A stretch of 64,000 bases of DNA from assembly GCA_041651295.1 (NCBI GenBank), contig JBAZJN010000003.1:14016-78015 (forward strand). The letters are read 5' to 3'. The stretch comes from Patescibacteria group bacterium. Its GTDB lineage: Bacteria; Patescibacteriota; UBA1384; XYA2-FULL-43-10; CAINNR01. Below are positions 27,598 through 37,600 of this stretch, in pieces. The position numbers and the translations under genes were made by a program. Below the pieces are notes generated by a model. The model worked only from the letters and a program-made list of their open reading frames with translations, did not search any database and was not told where the DNA came from. Position 1 is the first letter of the stretch; the number at the start of each line of letters is the position of its first letter.

Positions 27598-28368
27598 TTA
27601 CAAATCTTGAATAAAACTTTCATTCTCTTGGACAAAATCCCATGACTTTTTTAAGAAATCCTCAAAGTCGTTTCTTGTGTCATAAAATTCTTTAAGATAT
27701 GACAGCAATGATTTGCCATGCAAAGTCGCATCCTCGTAAATGTCATATGACCGAAAATTATATTTAAAAACTTTTTGTAAACACTCATCATTCAAAATTA
27801 TTGCCGGCACCATTTCGCTTAGATGCCAAGCGAGATAAGGAGCGTCTAATTCTCGTTCCTTAGTTTTCGGAAAAACTTGTCTGCATTTTTTGAAGTAAAT
27901 AAAATGAAGTAACTCATGAATAGAAACGCTGATTACCCGTTCTTGCGGATATTTGTAAAACACTTCAAAACTAAAATTTTCAATATCTCTTGGGTTAATT
28001 GGGTTCAATGAAATATATGCAGATATTTCTGGCGGTATTCCAGCCCAATCGACTTCGAGTATTTCAGCCAATACTAAAAAAATTTCATTTCCAAACTTAT
28101 CCCAACAATGCTGAAAAATTTTGGCGGTGGCGGATAAGTCGATATCATTGTTCACAATATATTCCTTAAAAAAGTCCGTTTCAATCGCTTTTCGATCTCC
28201 AACTTTATTAATACCTTTAAGTTTATCTTTTATGTTAGGGTATTCCCCATAAATCATTTCGCTCCAGTCCCACTCGTTTTTATAAGGATTTAAAAAACCG
28301 TGGATCGAGTCAACAGATTCCGACAAAGGCATGGCTTTAAAAATAATTTTTGGAACTTTTTCACTCAT
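27598..28368 (-). CDS. Hypothetical protein with HExxH motif (putative metallopeptidase fold)
   Basis: 256 aa, with SIHELLHFIYF. Confidence 0.5.
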   Translation of the reverse strand: MSEKVPKIIFKAMPLSESVDSIHGFLNPYKNEWDWSEMIYGEYPNIKDKLKGINKVGDRKAIETDFFKEYIVNNDIDLSATAKIFQHCWDKFGNEIFLVLAEILEVDWAGIPPEISAYISLNPINPRDIENFSFEVFYKYPQERVISVSIHELLHFIYFKKCRQVFPKTKERELDAPYLAWHLSEMVPAIILNDECLQKVFKYNFRSYDIYEDATLHGKSLLSYLKEFYDTRNDFEDFLKKSWDFVQENESFIQDL

Positions 28369-28386
28369 GCTTAAATTATATCATAA

Positions 28387-29751
28387 TCACTCAATCACTG
28401 AGATTTGTTTGTCTTTTAAGCTCATCTTGATTTTAAGGCAATTTAGGAGTTCTCGCTTTTCTTCTCTGGCTCCTTCGCGAAGGACGAATTTTGAGTAATC
28501 CCTTAAATCAACTTCGTTGTTTAAGTCTTTGCTGACTTTTTGCTTTAGTATTTTTTGCATGAATCTTTCGTATCTGGTGATTTCCTCCTGCAAATGCTTT
28601 TGGGTGTTTAATGTATCCGGGTCAATTTGATCCATAATATTACAGATTTGCTCCGTGACTTCTTCTTCTCGAATATATGGTTGTTTGCAGTTCCGGTCTT
28701 TACCTCCAGTGCAGTGATAATATACGTATCTTCGAATTACTCCATTATCCTGTCGTTTGAATTTTTCTTCAGCGGTTACGCCTGAACCGCAGACTCCGCA
28801 ATAGATTAGCTTCGTAAAATCAAACTCTTTCGTCCCCGGTCTGGATTTGGGAATAATAGCCAGCCGTTCTTGCACTTTATCGAATAGTTCTTTGGTAATG
28901 ATGGATTCATGAGCTACTTGATACCAAGTTCCACTTCCGCTTGGGTACTGAAAGAATCCATAATAGTAGGTGTTATTAAGAATTGTGTAAATTGTACTTA
29001 AAACTACCAGTTTACCTTGGCGAGATTTAAAGTTAATTGAATTTAGCCAGTTTAATACTTTCCGGTCACTTTCACCGTTGGAGACCCGTTCAAAAACCTC
29101 TTTGATTGTTGTGGCTCTCTCTGCGTCAAGGAATATCTTTCGATAGCCCTTTTTGCCTCCGATTTCGTTGACATATCCCAGTGGTGGAGCACATGGTCTG
29201 AATCCCATTTCACATTTGGCCTTGAGCCCTCGCTTAACATTAATCACCTTGTTATCGTTCTCAAGTTTCGCCTGACTTCCTAGAATCATTAACAGAAATT
29301 TATCATTCGGTGAATTGGTTAAAGCCTGGCTGTGGGTCCTAATCTCCCTTAAGTGGCCATTGTCCATTAAATCCACCAGCATTCCCAAATCCCCGGCATT
29401 TCGACTCATTCTGTCCGGTGCCCAAGTTAAAATTCCGTTAAATTCGCCTTTTTTAATGTCGGCAATCAACTCATTAAATACTGGCCTGGTTCCCGAATTC
29501 TTGGCTGAATGACTCTCTCGTCGTATATCGGTTACTAGCAACCCCTCAGATTGAGCCAAGTCGGCCATTTCTTTTACTTGCGAGTCGATTGAAAGTGCCT
29601 GGCGCTCATCATCCTCGCTGGATTTTCTAGCATAAAGGCAATATTGAATCTGTGTGCTACCAAGCTTGATTGGGTCAGCATAAACGCCGTTTACCTCGTA
29701 AGGCATTCGGGTATGTGTTTTATTGTTGAATTGTGGCTCCAGTGGTTCCAT
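28387..29751 (-). CDS. Large serine recombinase
   Basis: 454 aa. The resolvase domain is YARKSSEDDERQALSIDSQ...APDRMSRN. A recombinase domain and a zinc ribbon (YCGVCGSG...YYHC) follow. It lies 18 nt upstream of the next minus-strand gene. Confidence 0.9.
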   Translation of the reverse strand: MEPLEPQFNNKTHTRMPYEVNGVYADPIKLGSTQIQYCLYARKSSEDDERQALSIDSQVKEMADLAQSEGLLVTDIRRESHSAKNSGTRPVFNELIADIKKGEFNGILTWAPDRMSRNAGDLGMLVDLMDNGHLREIRTHSQALTNSPNDKFLLMILGSQAKLENDNKVINVKRGLKAKCEMGFRPCAPPLGYVNEIGGKKGYRKIFLDAERATTIKEVFERVSNGESDRKVLNWLNSINFKSRQGKLVVLSTIYTILNNTYYYGFFQYPSGSGTWYQVAHESIITKELFDKVQERLAIIPKSRPGTKEFDFTKLIYCGVCGSGVTAEEKFKRQDNGVIRRYVYYHCTGGKDRNCKQPYIREEEVTEQICNIMDQIDPDTLNTQKHLQEEITRYERFMQKILKQKVSKDLNNEVDLRDYSKFVLREGAREEKRELLNCLKIKMSLKDKQISVIE

Positions 29752-29924
29752 ATTTCCTCTCTGATCTTTTGCTCAGGGAGGATTATACCGCAAGTGTTTT
29801 ACAAGTCCAGATGTGCATAAAAATGCTTTACTTTAAGCGTGGTTATGCTATTATTAAGTAGTTATCGTACATCAAAACTTATTGCCTAACCCTCAAAGAT
29901 TTTCTTTGAGATATGGCGCAAAAT

Positions 29925-29966
29925 CTATCCCTAGTAAATAGCTCGTCGTCAGAGCACTAGGGATAG
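29925..29966. repeat. 42-bp site with 11-bp terminal inverted repeats (candidate recombinase site or hairpin)
   Basis: ctatccctagt, then 20 nt, then actagggatag. Confidence 0.6.
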
Positions 29967-30052
29967 TTGTATCTCGAAAGGGATACAGGTGATCGCAAGA
30001 TCATCGCTGGCGGCGGGCTTTTTGTATCTTGCCGCCCAGATAAAGCGGAATA

Positions 30053-30628
30053 ATGATTCAACCGAATAAAATTGCAAAATTAGCGGCAAATACCAAGTTT
30101 ATTAACCGTGACAAAACAATTTGCGCATCGGATTTTTGGGCTTGGGCCTATTCGGATTTACTTCAAAATACTACCAGAGGAGTTTTAGCCGAGTACATAG
30201 TATCCTTTTTACTCGGTACGGTTGATGAAGTAAGAAATCCGTGGGATGCGTACGATCTTAAGTTGAAAAATGGCAAAACAATTGAAATAAAGACTACGGC
30301 GAAGTTGCAAGCCTGGGCGCAAAAGGAATTATCTAAGCCAAACATTGTTTTAAGTCCAACCAGATTCTGGGATCCGAAAACGGGGAAGATGGAAGAAAAG
30401 GCAACATTCAACGCCGACTACTATATCTTCTGCTATTTTACCGCCGAAGATCACAAGACAGCCAATCCACTGGATTTAAGCCAGTGGCAATTCTACGTTT
30501 TCACAAAAGAACAACTAATCACAATTCTAAACAACAGAAAATCAATCTCCCTGAAAAATCTTGAAAAACAAGGAATCAAACCAGTCGGGGCATTAGAACT
30601 AAGGAAAACCGTTGAAAATATTTCTTAA
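30053..30628 (+). CDS. PD-(D/E)xK-fold nuclease-like protein
   Basis: 191 aa. The motif order is LAEYIV ... YDLKL ... TIEIKTT (E, D, ExK). Confidence 0.55.
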   Translation: MIQPNKIAKLAANTKFINRDKTICASDFWAWAYSDLLQNTTRGVLAEYIVSFLLGTVDEVRNPWDAYDLKLKNGKTIEIKTTAKLQAWAQKELSKPNIVLSPTRFWDPKTGKMEEKATFNADYYIFCYFTAEDHKTANPLDLSQWQFYVFTKEQLITILNNRKSISLKNLEKQGIKPVGALELRKTVENIS

Positions 30629-30743
30629 TCTAAACGATAATACTCCAGCTTAATTTGAGCTCATTTACCGCTTCAAAACTCAGTAGATTAGTGATATGAT
30701 CAAGAAAGAAGCAAATTTGGTATTTGTTGAGAAATGAGTCTTC

Positions 30744-32423
30744 ATGGCAAAATTAAGTGATACTCCAAAATTTGATCGACCCAGAGAAAAATTTCTGGAA
30801 AAGGGAGCTGACGCATTGACCGACAGCGAGCTTTTGGCGATTTTACTCGGCAGCGGAATAAAAGGAACCAATGTAAAAGTTTTATCGCAAAAAATTCTGA
30901 AAAAGTTCGGTGATAATTTTCTCAACGCTTCAGTTGATGACTTGACTCAAATTTCGGGAATCGGACAGGCTAAAGCTTTACAGATCTCATCCGCTTTCGT
31001 TTTGACGAGAAGAATTTTCGACAAACAAAATTCATTGGACAATTTGGTTTTGTCGGCTCAAGATGCGGTTGCCCTCGTTTCCGACTTGAAAGATAAGAAG
31101 CAAGAACATCTGGTTTGCCTGTATTTGAACGCGCGCAATGCCTTATTGAAAAAAGAGACCATTTCCATAGGGACTCTGGATAAAAGCATTATTCACCCGC
31201 GAGAAATTTTCGCCCCGGGATTGGAATTACATGCGGCGGGTGTGATTTTGATCCATAATCATCCTTCCGGAGATTCTTCGCCTAGCGAACAAGACAAACA
31301 AGTTGCTAAGCGGATTATTGAGGCGGGTCAGTTAATGGGCATTAACGTCGTTGATTTCTTGATTATCGCAAAAAACGAAGTTCACAGCATACTCGGCGAG
31401 GTCAAAAACACGAAGTTGTCCGGCACGGAATATGTTGCCGAAGGTGCTCAGGCATCGTTGTTTGATCTGCTTGTTGACGCAAATCAAGTTTATTTTCGTC
31501 AGGATATTTCGCTAAAGAATCCGCCCGAAGTCAAAAAGAAAAAAGATGATTTGAAATTTATCGATTTGTTTGCCGGAATCGGCGGTTTTCATATAGCGTT
31601 TCATAATTCGGGAGCCGAGTGTGCTTTTGTCTCCGAGTGGGATGCACCGGCCCAAAAGACATATCATCACAATCTTTACAAGCTTTCTCCCGAGATGTTT
31701 GATTCTGGGAATTTCGTCGGTGATATAACGAAAGTCGATCCGAAAAGTATCCCCGACTTCGACATTTTGACGGCCGGCTTTCCTTGCCAACCATTCTCCC
31801 AGGCGGGGTTTAAAAAAGGTTTCAGCGAGACGCGGGGAACATTGTTTTTTGACATCGTCAAAATAATGAAAGAAAAAAAACCTCAAGCCTTTTTTCTTGA
31901 GAATGTGAGAGGTCTGCTCAGCCACGACGGCGGTAAAACCTTCAAGACAATCAAAAGGATTCTTACCGAAGAGCTGGGGTATTCATTCTTCCCTCAGATT
32001 GTAAAAGCTTCCGATTTCGGTCTGCCCCAACATCGTCCGCGTCTTTTCATGGTCGGCTTCAAAGACAAATCCATAGATTTCAAATTTCCCGAACCCGTAA
32101 AAGAATTGAAATATACCATGTCGGATATATTTAACGGAAAATGCGATAAAGAAGTCGGCTTTACTCTTCGAGTCGGAGGGCGTGGAAGCAGAATAACCGA
32201 TCGCAGAAATTGGGACGCATACCGTGTCGATGGAAAAATCGTTCAGCTTGGATCGAGAGAGGGGCTGAGGATGCAAGGATTCCCCGACTGGTTTGAATTT
32301 CCCCCCGCAATGTCCGAGGTGCAAGCCATGAAACAGCTTGGAAATTCGGTTGCCGTTCCCGCAATTCAAGCCGTTGCCGAAGAAATTGTTAAAACTTTAC
32401 GGAAACATAAAAATGGAAAGTGA
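30744..32423 (+). CDS. Fusion of RadC-like JAB/MPN domain protein and DNA (cytosine-5) methyltransferase
   Basis: A single 559-aa ORF. Residues 1-225 look like full-length RadC (DSELLAILLGSG, HhH, HNHPSGDSSPSEQD). Residues about 265-559 carry Dcm motifs: FAGIGGF (I), GFPCQPFS (IV), ENVRGL (VI), QHRPR (VIII) and GNSVAVP (X). Confidence 0.88.
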   Translation: MAKLSDTPKFDRPREKFLEKGADALTDSELLAILLGSGIKGTNVKVLSQKILKKFGDNFLNASVDDLTQISGIGQAKALQISSAFVLTRRIFDKQNSLDNLVLSAQDAVALVSDLKDKKQEHLVCLYLNARNALLKKETISIGTLDKSIIHPREIFAPGLELHAAGVILIHNHPSGDSSPSEQDKQVAKRIIEAGQLMGINVVDFLIIAKNEVHSILGEVKNTKLSGTEYVAEGAQASLFDLLVDANQVYFRQDISLKNPPEVKKKKDDLKFIDLFAGIGGFHIAFHNSGAECAFVSEWDAPAQKTYHHNLYKLSPEMFDSGNFVGDITKVDPKSIPDFDILTAGFPCQPFSQAGFKKGFSETRGTLFFDIVKIMKEKKPQAFFLENVRGLLSHDGGKTFKTIKRILTEELGYSFFPQIVKASDFGLPQHRPRLFMVGFKDKSIDFKFPEPVKELKYTMSDIFNGKCDKEVGFTLRVGGRGSRITDRRNWDAYRVDGKIVQLGSREGLRMQGFPDWFEFPPAMSEVQAMKQLGNSVAVPAIQAVAEEIVKTLRKHKNGK

Positions 32424-33507
32424 TATGGAAACAGGAAACAATAAGGGAGAGTGGTCGGAATTTTATGCTTTCCTTAAAATATTAGAGGAAAGAAAGCTTT
32501 TTGCGGCCGATAAAAATCTCGAAGTAATCGACGGAAAATATTTTGTATTTCACAAGATTATCAGGGAAGAAAAAGATGAAACGACTAAAATATACGATAT
32601 TTCGCAATCGTCTGCACAGCTTCTGATAACCGACGACGAAGGCAGATTGTTGAAGGAGTTTGACACGGCTTCATTGAAAGAAAAAACTTTGAAAATATTT
32701 GAGAGAATCAAGCACGAGAAAAGCCCCTCTTTCAATATTCCCGAAGCTCGGGAGCTGATGAATGAATTGCTTTGTACGAAAGTCAAAGCCAGCAATGCGA
32801 AAAAGGCCGATTTGGTGGCGATCATCTACGACAGGATTTCAAAAACGATGCCGATGCTCGGCTTCTCCATAAAATCAATGATTGGAGGAGCATCCACTTT
32901 ATTGAACTCGGGGCACACCACAAATTTTATTTATGAAGTCCATGGTTTTAAGGGAGAGATCGGGAAAGTTAATACGATTCAAACAAGGGCGCAAGTCCGT
33001 GATCGTATTCACGAGATATCAACACACGGCGGGTCTTTTGAATATGTGGGTGTATCCAATGAGCAATTCGAATCGAATATGAAAATGATCGATACGGCAT
33101 TGCCAGAATTCATCGCTCAAATGCTGTTGGACTTTTTCTCAAATGTGCACAGAACGGTTGCCGATTTGACTGGTGAGCTTTCCAAAAACGAGAAAATGAA
33201 ACTAAAATTTGGAGTAACCAATTACGAGTTTAAAATAAAAAACTTTTTGGATGCCGTCGCCCTCGGTATGGTACCGAGCAAGTCTTGGGATGGTTTCTCT
33301 AAGGCACAAGGCGGGTATATCGTGGTGAAGGAAAATGGAGACGTCGTTTGTTATCACTTGTATAATCGCGACGAGTTTCGTTCCTACTTGTATGAAAATA
33401 CGAAGTTCGACGCTCCGAGCACCACCCGACACGGTTATGGCGAATTGTACGAAGAAAATGGTAAGCTACTTTTCAAACTGAATCTTCAGATCAGGTTTTT
33501 GAAATAA
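32413..33507 (+). CDS. Type II restriction endonuclease partner, HpaII-family-like
   Basis: The start overlaps or abuts the methyltransferase stop (TGA 32421-23). The N-terminus NKGEWSEFYAFLKILE resembles what I recall of HpaII-family enzymes. It is flanked by an m5C methyltransferase and vsr. The family call is from memory plus context. Confidence 0.5.
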   Translation: MESDMETGNNKGEWSEFYAFLKILEERKLFAADKNLEVIDGKYFVFHKIIREEKDETTKIYDISQSSAQLLITDDEGRLLKEFDTASLKEKTLKIFERIKHEKSPSFNIPEARELMNELLCTKVKASNAKKADLVAIIYDRISKTMPMLGFSIKSMIGGASTLLNSGHTTNFIYEVHGFKGEIGKVNTIQTRAQVRDRIHEISTHGGSFEYVGVSNEQFESNMKMIDTALPEFIAQMLLDFFSNVHRTVADLTGELSKNEKMKLKFGVTNYEFKIKNFLDAVALGMVPSKSWDGFSKAQGGYIVVKENGDVVCYHLYNRDEFRSYLYENTKFDAPSTTRHGYGELYEENGKLLFKLNLQIRFLK

Positions 33508-33514
33508 GACGATT

Positions 33515-33919
33515 ATGGCCGATATATTTTCCAAAGAGAAACGAAGCGGCATAATGTCTAAAGTCCGCAATAAGAATTCCAAAATAGAGGTTGGGTTTCG
33601 GAAAAAACTCTGGAAAGCGGGATTTCGTTATCGAAAGAACTCTCCAAAATATTTCGGCAATCCCGATCTTGTATTGAAGAAATATAAAACCGTAATATTC
33701 ATAGATTCTTGTTTTTGGCATGGATGCAAAGATCACGGTTCAATGCCTAAAACCAACAAAAAATTCTGGAAAGAAAAAATCAAGCACAATATTGAGCGAG
33801 ACCGAGAAGTGGATGCCCATTATGCAAAAATAGGGTGGAATAATATCAGAATATGGGAACACGATCTAAAAAACAATTTTGAAAATATTATTGGTAAAAT
33901 GGTTAATGAAAATCTATAA
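33515..33919 (+). CDS. vsr: Very short patch repair endonuclease
   Basis: RSGIMSKVRNKNSKIEVGFRKKLWKAGFRYR...PDLVLKKYKTVIFIDSCFWHGC is canonical Vsr. Confidence 0.9.
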   Translation: MADIFSKEKRSGIMSKVRNKNSKIEVGFRKKLWKAGFRYRKNSPKYFGNPDLVLKKYKTVIFIDSCFWHGCKDHGSMPKTNKKFWKEKIKHNIERDREVDAHYAKIGWNNIRIWEHDLKNNFENIIGKMVNENL

Positions 33920-33967
33920 AGTGGCATATAATTTTTATGAATTATCGCAGAAATAAATATGTGAAAT

Positions 33968-34531
33968 ATGACCACACAAGAGAATATTAGTATTGCCATC
34001 GAAAAAATAATAAGCGATTTTAAGGAGTATCCTGATAAGTATTTAACTGAGGATGATGTTAGATGTTTTTTGTTCAATGAGTTAATGAAAATTGATGAAT
34101 TCAGCTTACCAATACATACTTCAGACAATTCTAAATCCATAACCGTTCATTCCGAGGTTCGCTGGTATGGTAATTCAGGAAAATTGAAATGGCGATCAGA
34201 CATTGTGATTGTTGATGTAAGTACCTTAAGGGTCAAAAATGATATTTTCAAACTTCCAAGTAAGGGCTTTGGATTTAATAGACCAAAAGTGATTATAGAA
34301 ATTAAACTTCGTAGGATAAATGGAGAATCGGATAATGGTTTTATCAATCAAATTAGAAAAGATTTGGACAAAGTAAGCAAAATTAAACAAGAAATTAGCG
34401 GTAATTTTATATCGTGTTTGTTGGTTTTGGATAAAAAACGAGACCTTAAAGATGGTATTGATCACCTAGGTCAGAGTGGGATAGAAATATTTTATCAATT
34501 CGCATCCTCGTCGCTACAATTACAAAGTTAA
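33968..34531 (+). CDS. Stand-alone PD-(D/E)xK-like protein
   Basis: 187 aa, with WRSDIVIVD ... VIIEIKLRR. This is the same motif layout as the C-terminus of the following STAND protein. Confidence 0.5.
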   Translation: MTTQENISIAIEKIISDFKEYPDKYLTEDDVRCFLFNELMKIDEFSLPIHTSDNSKSITVHSEVRWYGNSGKLKWRSDIVIVDVSTLRVKNDIFKLPSKGFGFNRPKVIIEIKLRRINGESDNGFINQIRKDLDKVSKIKQEISGNFISCLLVLDKKRDLKDGIDHLGQSGIEIFYQFASSSLQLQS

Positions 34532-34620
34532 ATATACAAAATGAGCTTGCATATTTAAAAACAAGTAAGGATATAGTCATTCCGCTAATGGTAAATTAGT
34601 TAATAACTGATAATTATAAA

Positions 34621-37600
34621 ATGTCTAAAGAAATAATAAAATCCAACAAAACATATATTATTCCAAGAATACAAATCTTTCAATCTTTTAGAGAAGCGAC
34701 ACCAGGAATAGAAAGGTCAAGTTTTCTCGTCAACAAAGGTGATGATAAGGAAAAACTGAGAGATTATTTTACTTATCCCAGAATGTTTGTTGTTGCTGAG
34801 GCAGGTTTTGGGAAAACTAGATTACTTAAAGAACTTACTGCAGAATCAAGCTTGAGGGGTAAAAAATCAATTTGTGTGGATTTAAAAAAAATGTCAATTT
34901 CAGAAACTCTTGTAGATTTTATTGACAAACAAATTATCGAACAAAAAATTAAACCATTCAGCATCGTAAATTCCGAAGAATTGCTTGTTTGTTTTGATGC
35001 TCTTGACGAGGTCAAACAAGAAGAATTTTCAGCAACAGTTGAAAAGCTTAAAACATTGGCGGCGAATTACCCTAAACTAAATATTGTAGTCGCCTGCAGG
35101 TGGTATTTTTTTCAAAAATATCAGGAGCTATTTATTGATTCTGACTTTAGATACGCTCATATTTCGCAATTTTCACTCAACGATGTCAGGCGATATTTGA
35201 AAACTAACTTAATCTCTGGGGCTGAAGTTGAAAAGCTTATTAACTCTTTAAATTTTAAAAATAGAGAGCTTATTATTCAAACTCCACGTTATTTGGAGTT
35301 GTTGGTAGATTACATCAATAATATTAAATCTGGCAACGTAGACTCTGTGACTAGGACAGATTTGTTCGAATATTTCATTTACAAAAAGCTGGAGCTAGAA
35401 GACAAAAACTTAACAACCCAAAAAAAAGATTTAATAAAACGTGTGTTGGAAAAACTCGCACTATTGATGGAAATATATCAGACCAATATCCTGACCAAAG
35501 ATGAATTAATGACTTTCTTTGATGATTTGAAATCTGATTTGAAAGCAAGTTTTTTGCAGCAAGTTCCGATTGAAATTTTTTACGACAAAACAGCTTTGAA
35601 AGACAATGGAAACACCATTGAATTTGAAAATACTGAGTTTCAGGAATATTTAGCATCTAAAGAAATAAGTCGACTTGGACATCCACTCCAGACTGTTTTT
35701 GATTTGATAGTTGATCAAGAACTTAGAGAGATTTATGCGAGTTGGTCCAATGCCCTGACTTTTTTAATTGAACTCGACATTACATTGTTGAAACCAATAT
35801 TGGATTTTACCAATCGTAAAAATGACGGTTACCTGCAAGGAGAGGAATACCATCGACTCATCACAAGGGTTAATATTAACCAGTTATCTGTGGAAGACCA
35901 GAAGTCAATATTTGAACAAGTCTTTGAATATTACCAATCAGTTCTTCACTGGATTGATTGGGACATTGCCAGCAATCTAGCGCGGTACTTTGACATTTCT
36001 CAGCATTATATGTTGGAAGCATATGTAAACAAGATTCATTTTTCCTCCGATACTGAACGCTTCGTTCAACTTGGTAATCTTGTCCTTATTGTGGGTTTTC
36101 TAATTGAACGAGATATTTTTAATCAAGCGGAGAAAACATTTTGGAAGAAAAATATTTTAAAATACGCAAAAGATAAGAACAAAAATGGAGTATTACAACG
36201 GCATGCTCTGTTCGCACTTGAAAAATTAATGGATGATAGCATAATTGATAAAATTGATTATGTATGGAAACACGACGAGGAACTTGTCCGTAGTCGATTT
36301 TTGGAATTGTGCAGTGTGGTAAATCCCAATCACGTGACGTCCGTAAAATATTTTGTAGAAGGAGTGAAACAGCAAGTCATCTCTGCAAGATATGGATTAT
36401 TTTTGGTTTCCGAGCCAGCAGCAATTAAAAAACTATTGCAATATTTCATTAATGATGAAGTTTTTTTATACCAATTTATTGATCATGAAAGTATTTATGA
36501 AAAAAGAGATAGACAAATTATTGAACATATAGTTATAGTCTGGGATGCTGACATTAAAAATCAGTTGGAACAAATAATCTGTAATGTATTCGCATCACAG
36601 TTTTGCTATCATGCTGAAAAATCTGACTTTATTAAAAGTTTGGCTTTAGTACTTAAGGAGAAGAATAAAGACTATATATTTGAGTTATTAAAACAAATTA
36701 AAACCTCAAATGAACTCAAAAATAATCTTTTTAGCTTTTTGTATCTATTTGCAAGCATTCTGCAGAAGAACCAGATTAAAAGTTTTTTAGAAATGATTAC
36801 GGAATTTGACAATGGGACTAGGTTTGCTTTGTGGACACTTCAACAGATCAAGTTTTCAAAACGTAGCGACGCCAAAGATATTTATGAGGAAGGCAGGAAA
36901 TATCTAGCCGAAGAATATAAAATATCTGAAAAACATTGGAAAAAAGAGGCAAAGAGACCACCTGAAGAAATTATTTTACATCAAGAATTTCAATACAAAC
37001 TTGAGCCAATTCCTGGCCAATATATGACTGATGTTTTTGAGTTCTACATTCGCAATGAGAATAAAATTGAAAAATTTATCACTGATGCAGAGAAAAAGAA
37101 ACTAATTGACCTCGTTATCAATATTATCTTCGAAAAATTTGATCCATCAGGTCAGGACATTAAAATCACCAAACAGGAAGACGGGCACAAAAGATTCACG
37201 GTTCAGTCATGGATACCAATATTTGGAGATTGCTTATTGGTCGCGCAAAGACTTAAACTAGATGTTTCAAAATATAGAGGCAAAATTATCAGTTATTTAC
37301 CATTTGCTTATCATGATCACAGAAAGGCCATTTTTGAGATGGTAAAGCATATCAAGCCAGAAGAAATAAAAACTCTTCTGAATATTTATAATAATAAGAG
37401 TTCAGATCTTTGGGGAAATTTACCAGACGGGTTGATAGAAGCGACAATAAAATATCAAATATCAGAAGCTGTTCCCATACTCAAAGAATTTATTAACCAA
37501 AATGATTTTTTTATTCATGATAGAATCGCCGCACTTGAGGCGAGCGAAACGTTAAATCCCGATCAACATTTTTTAGAATCTATATTTGAAGAATATTCAA

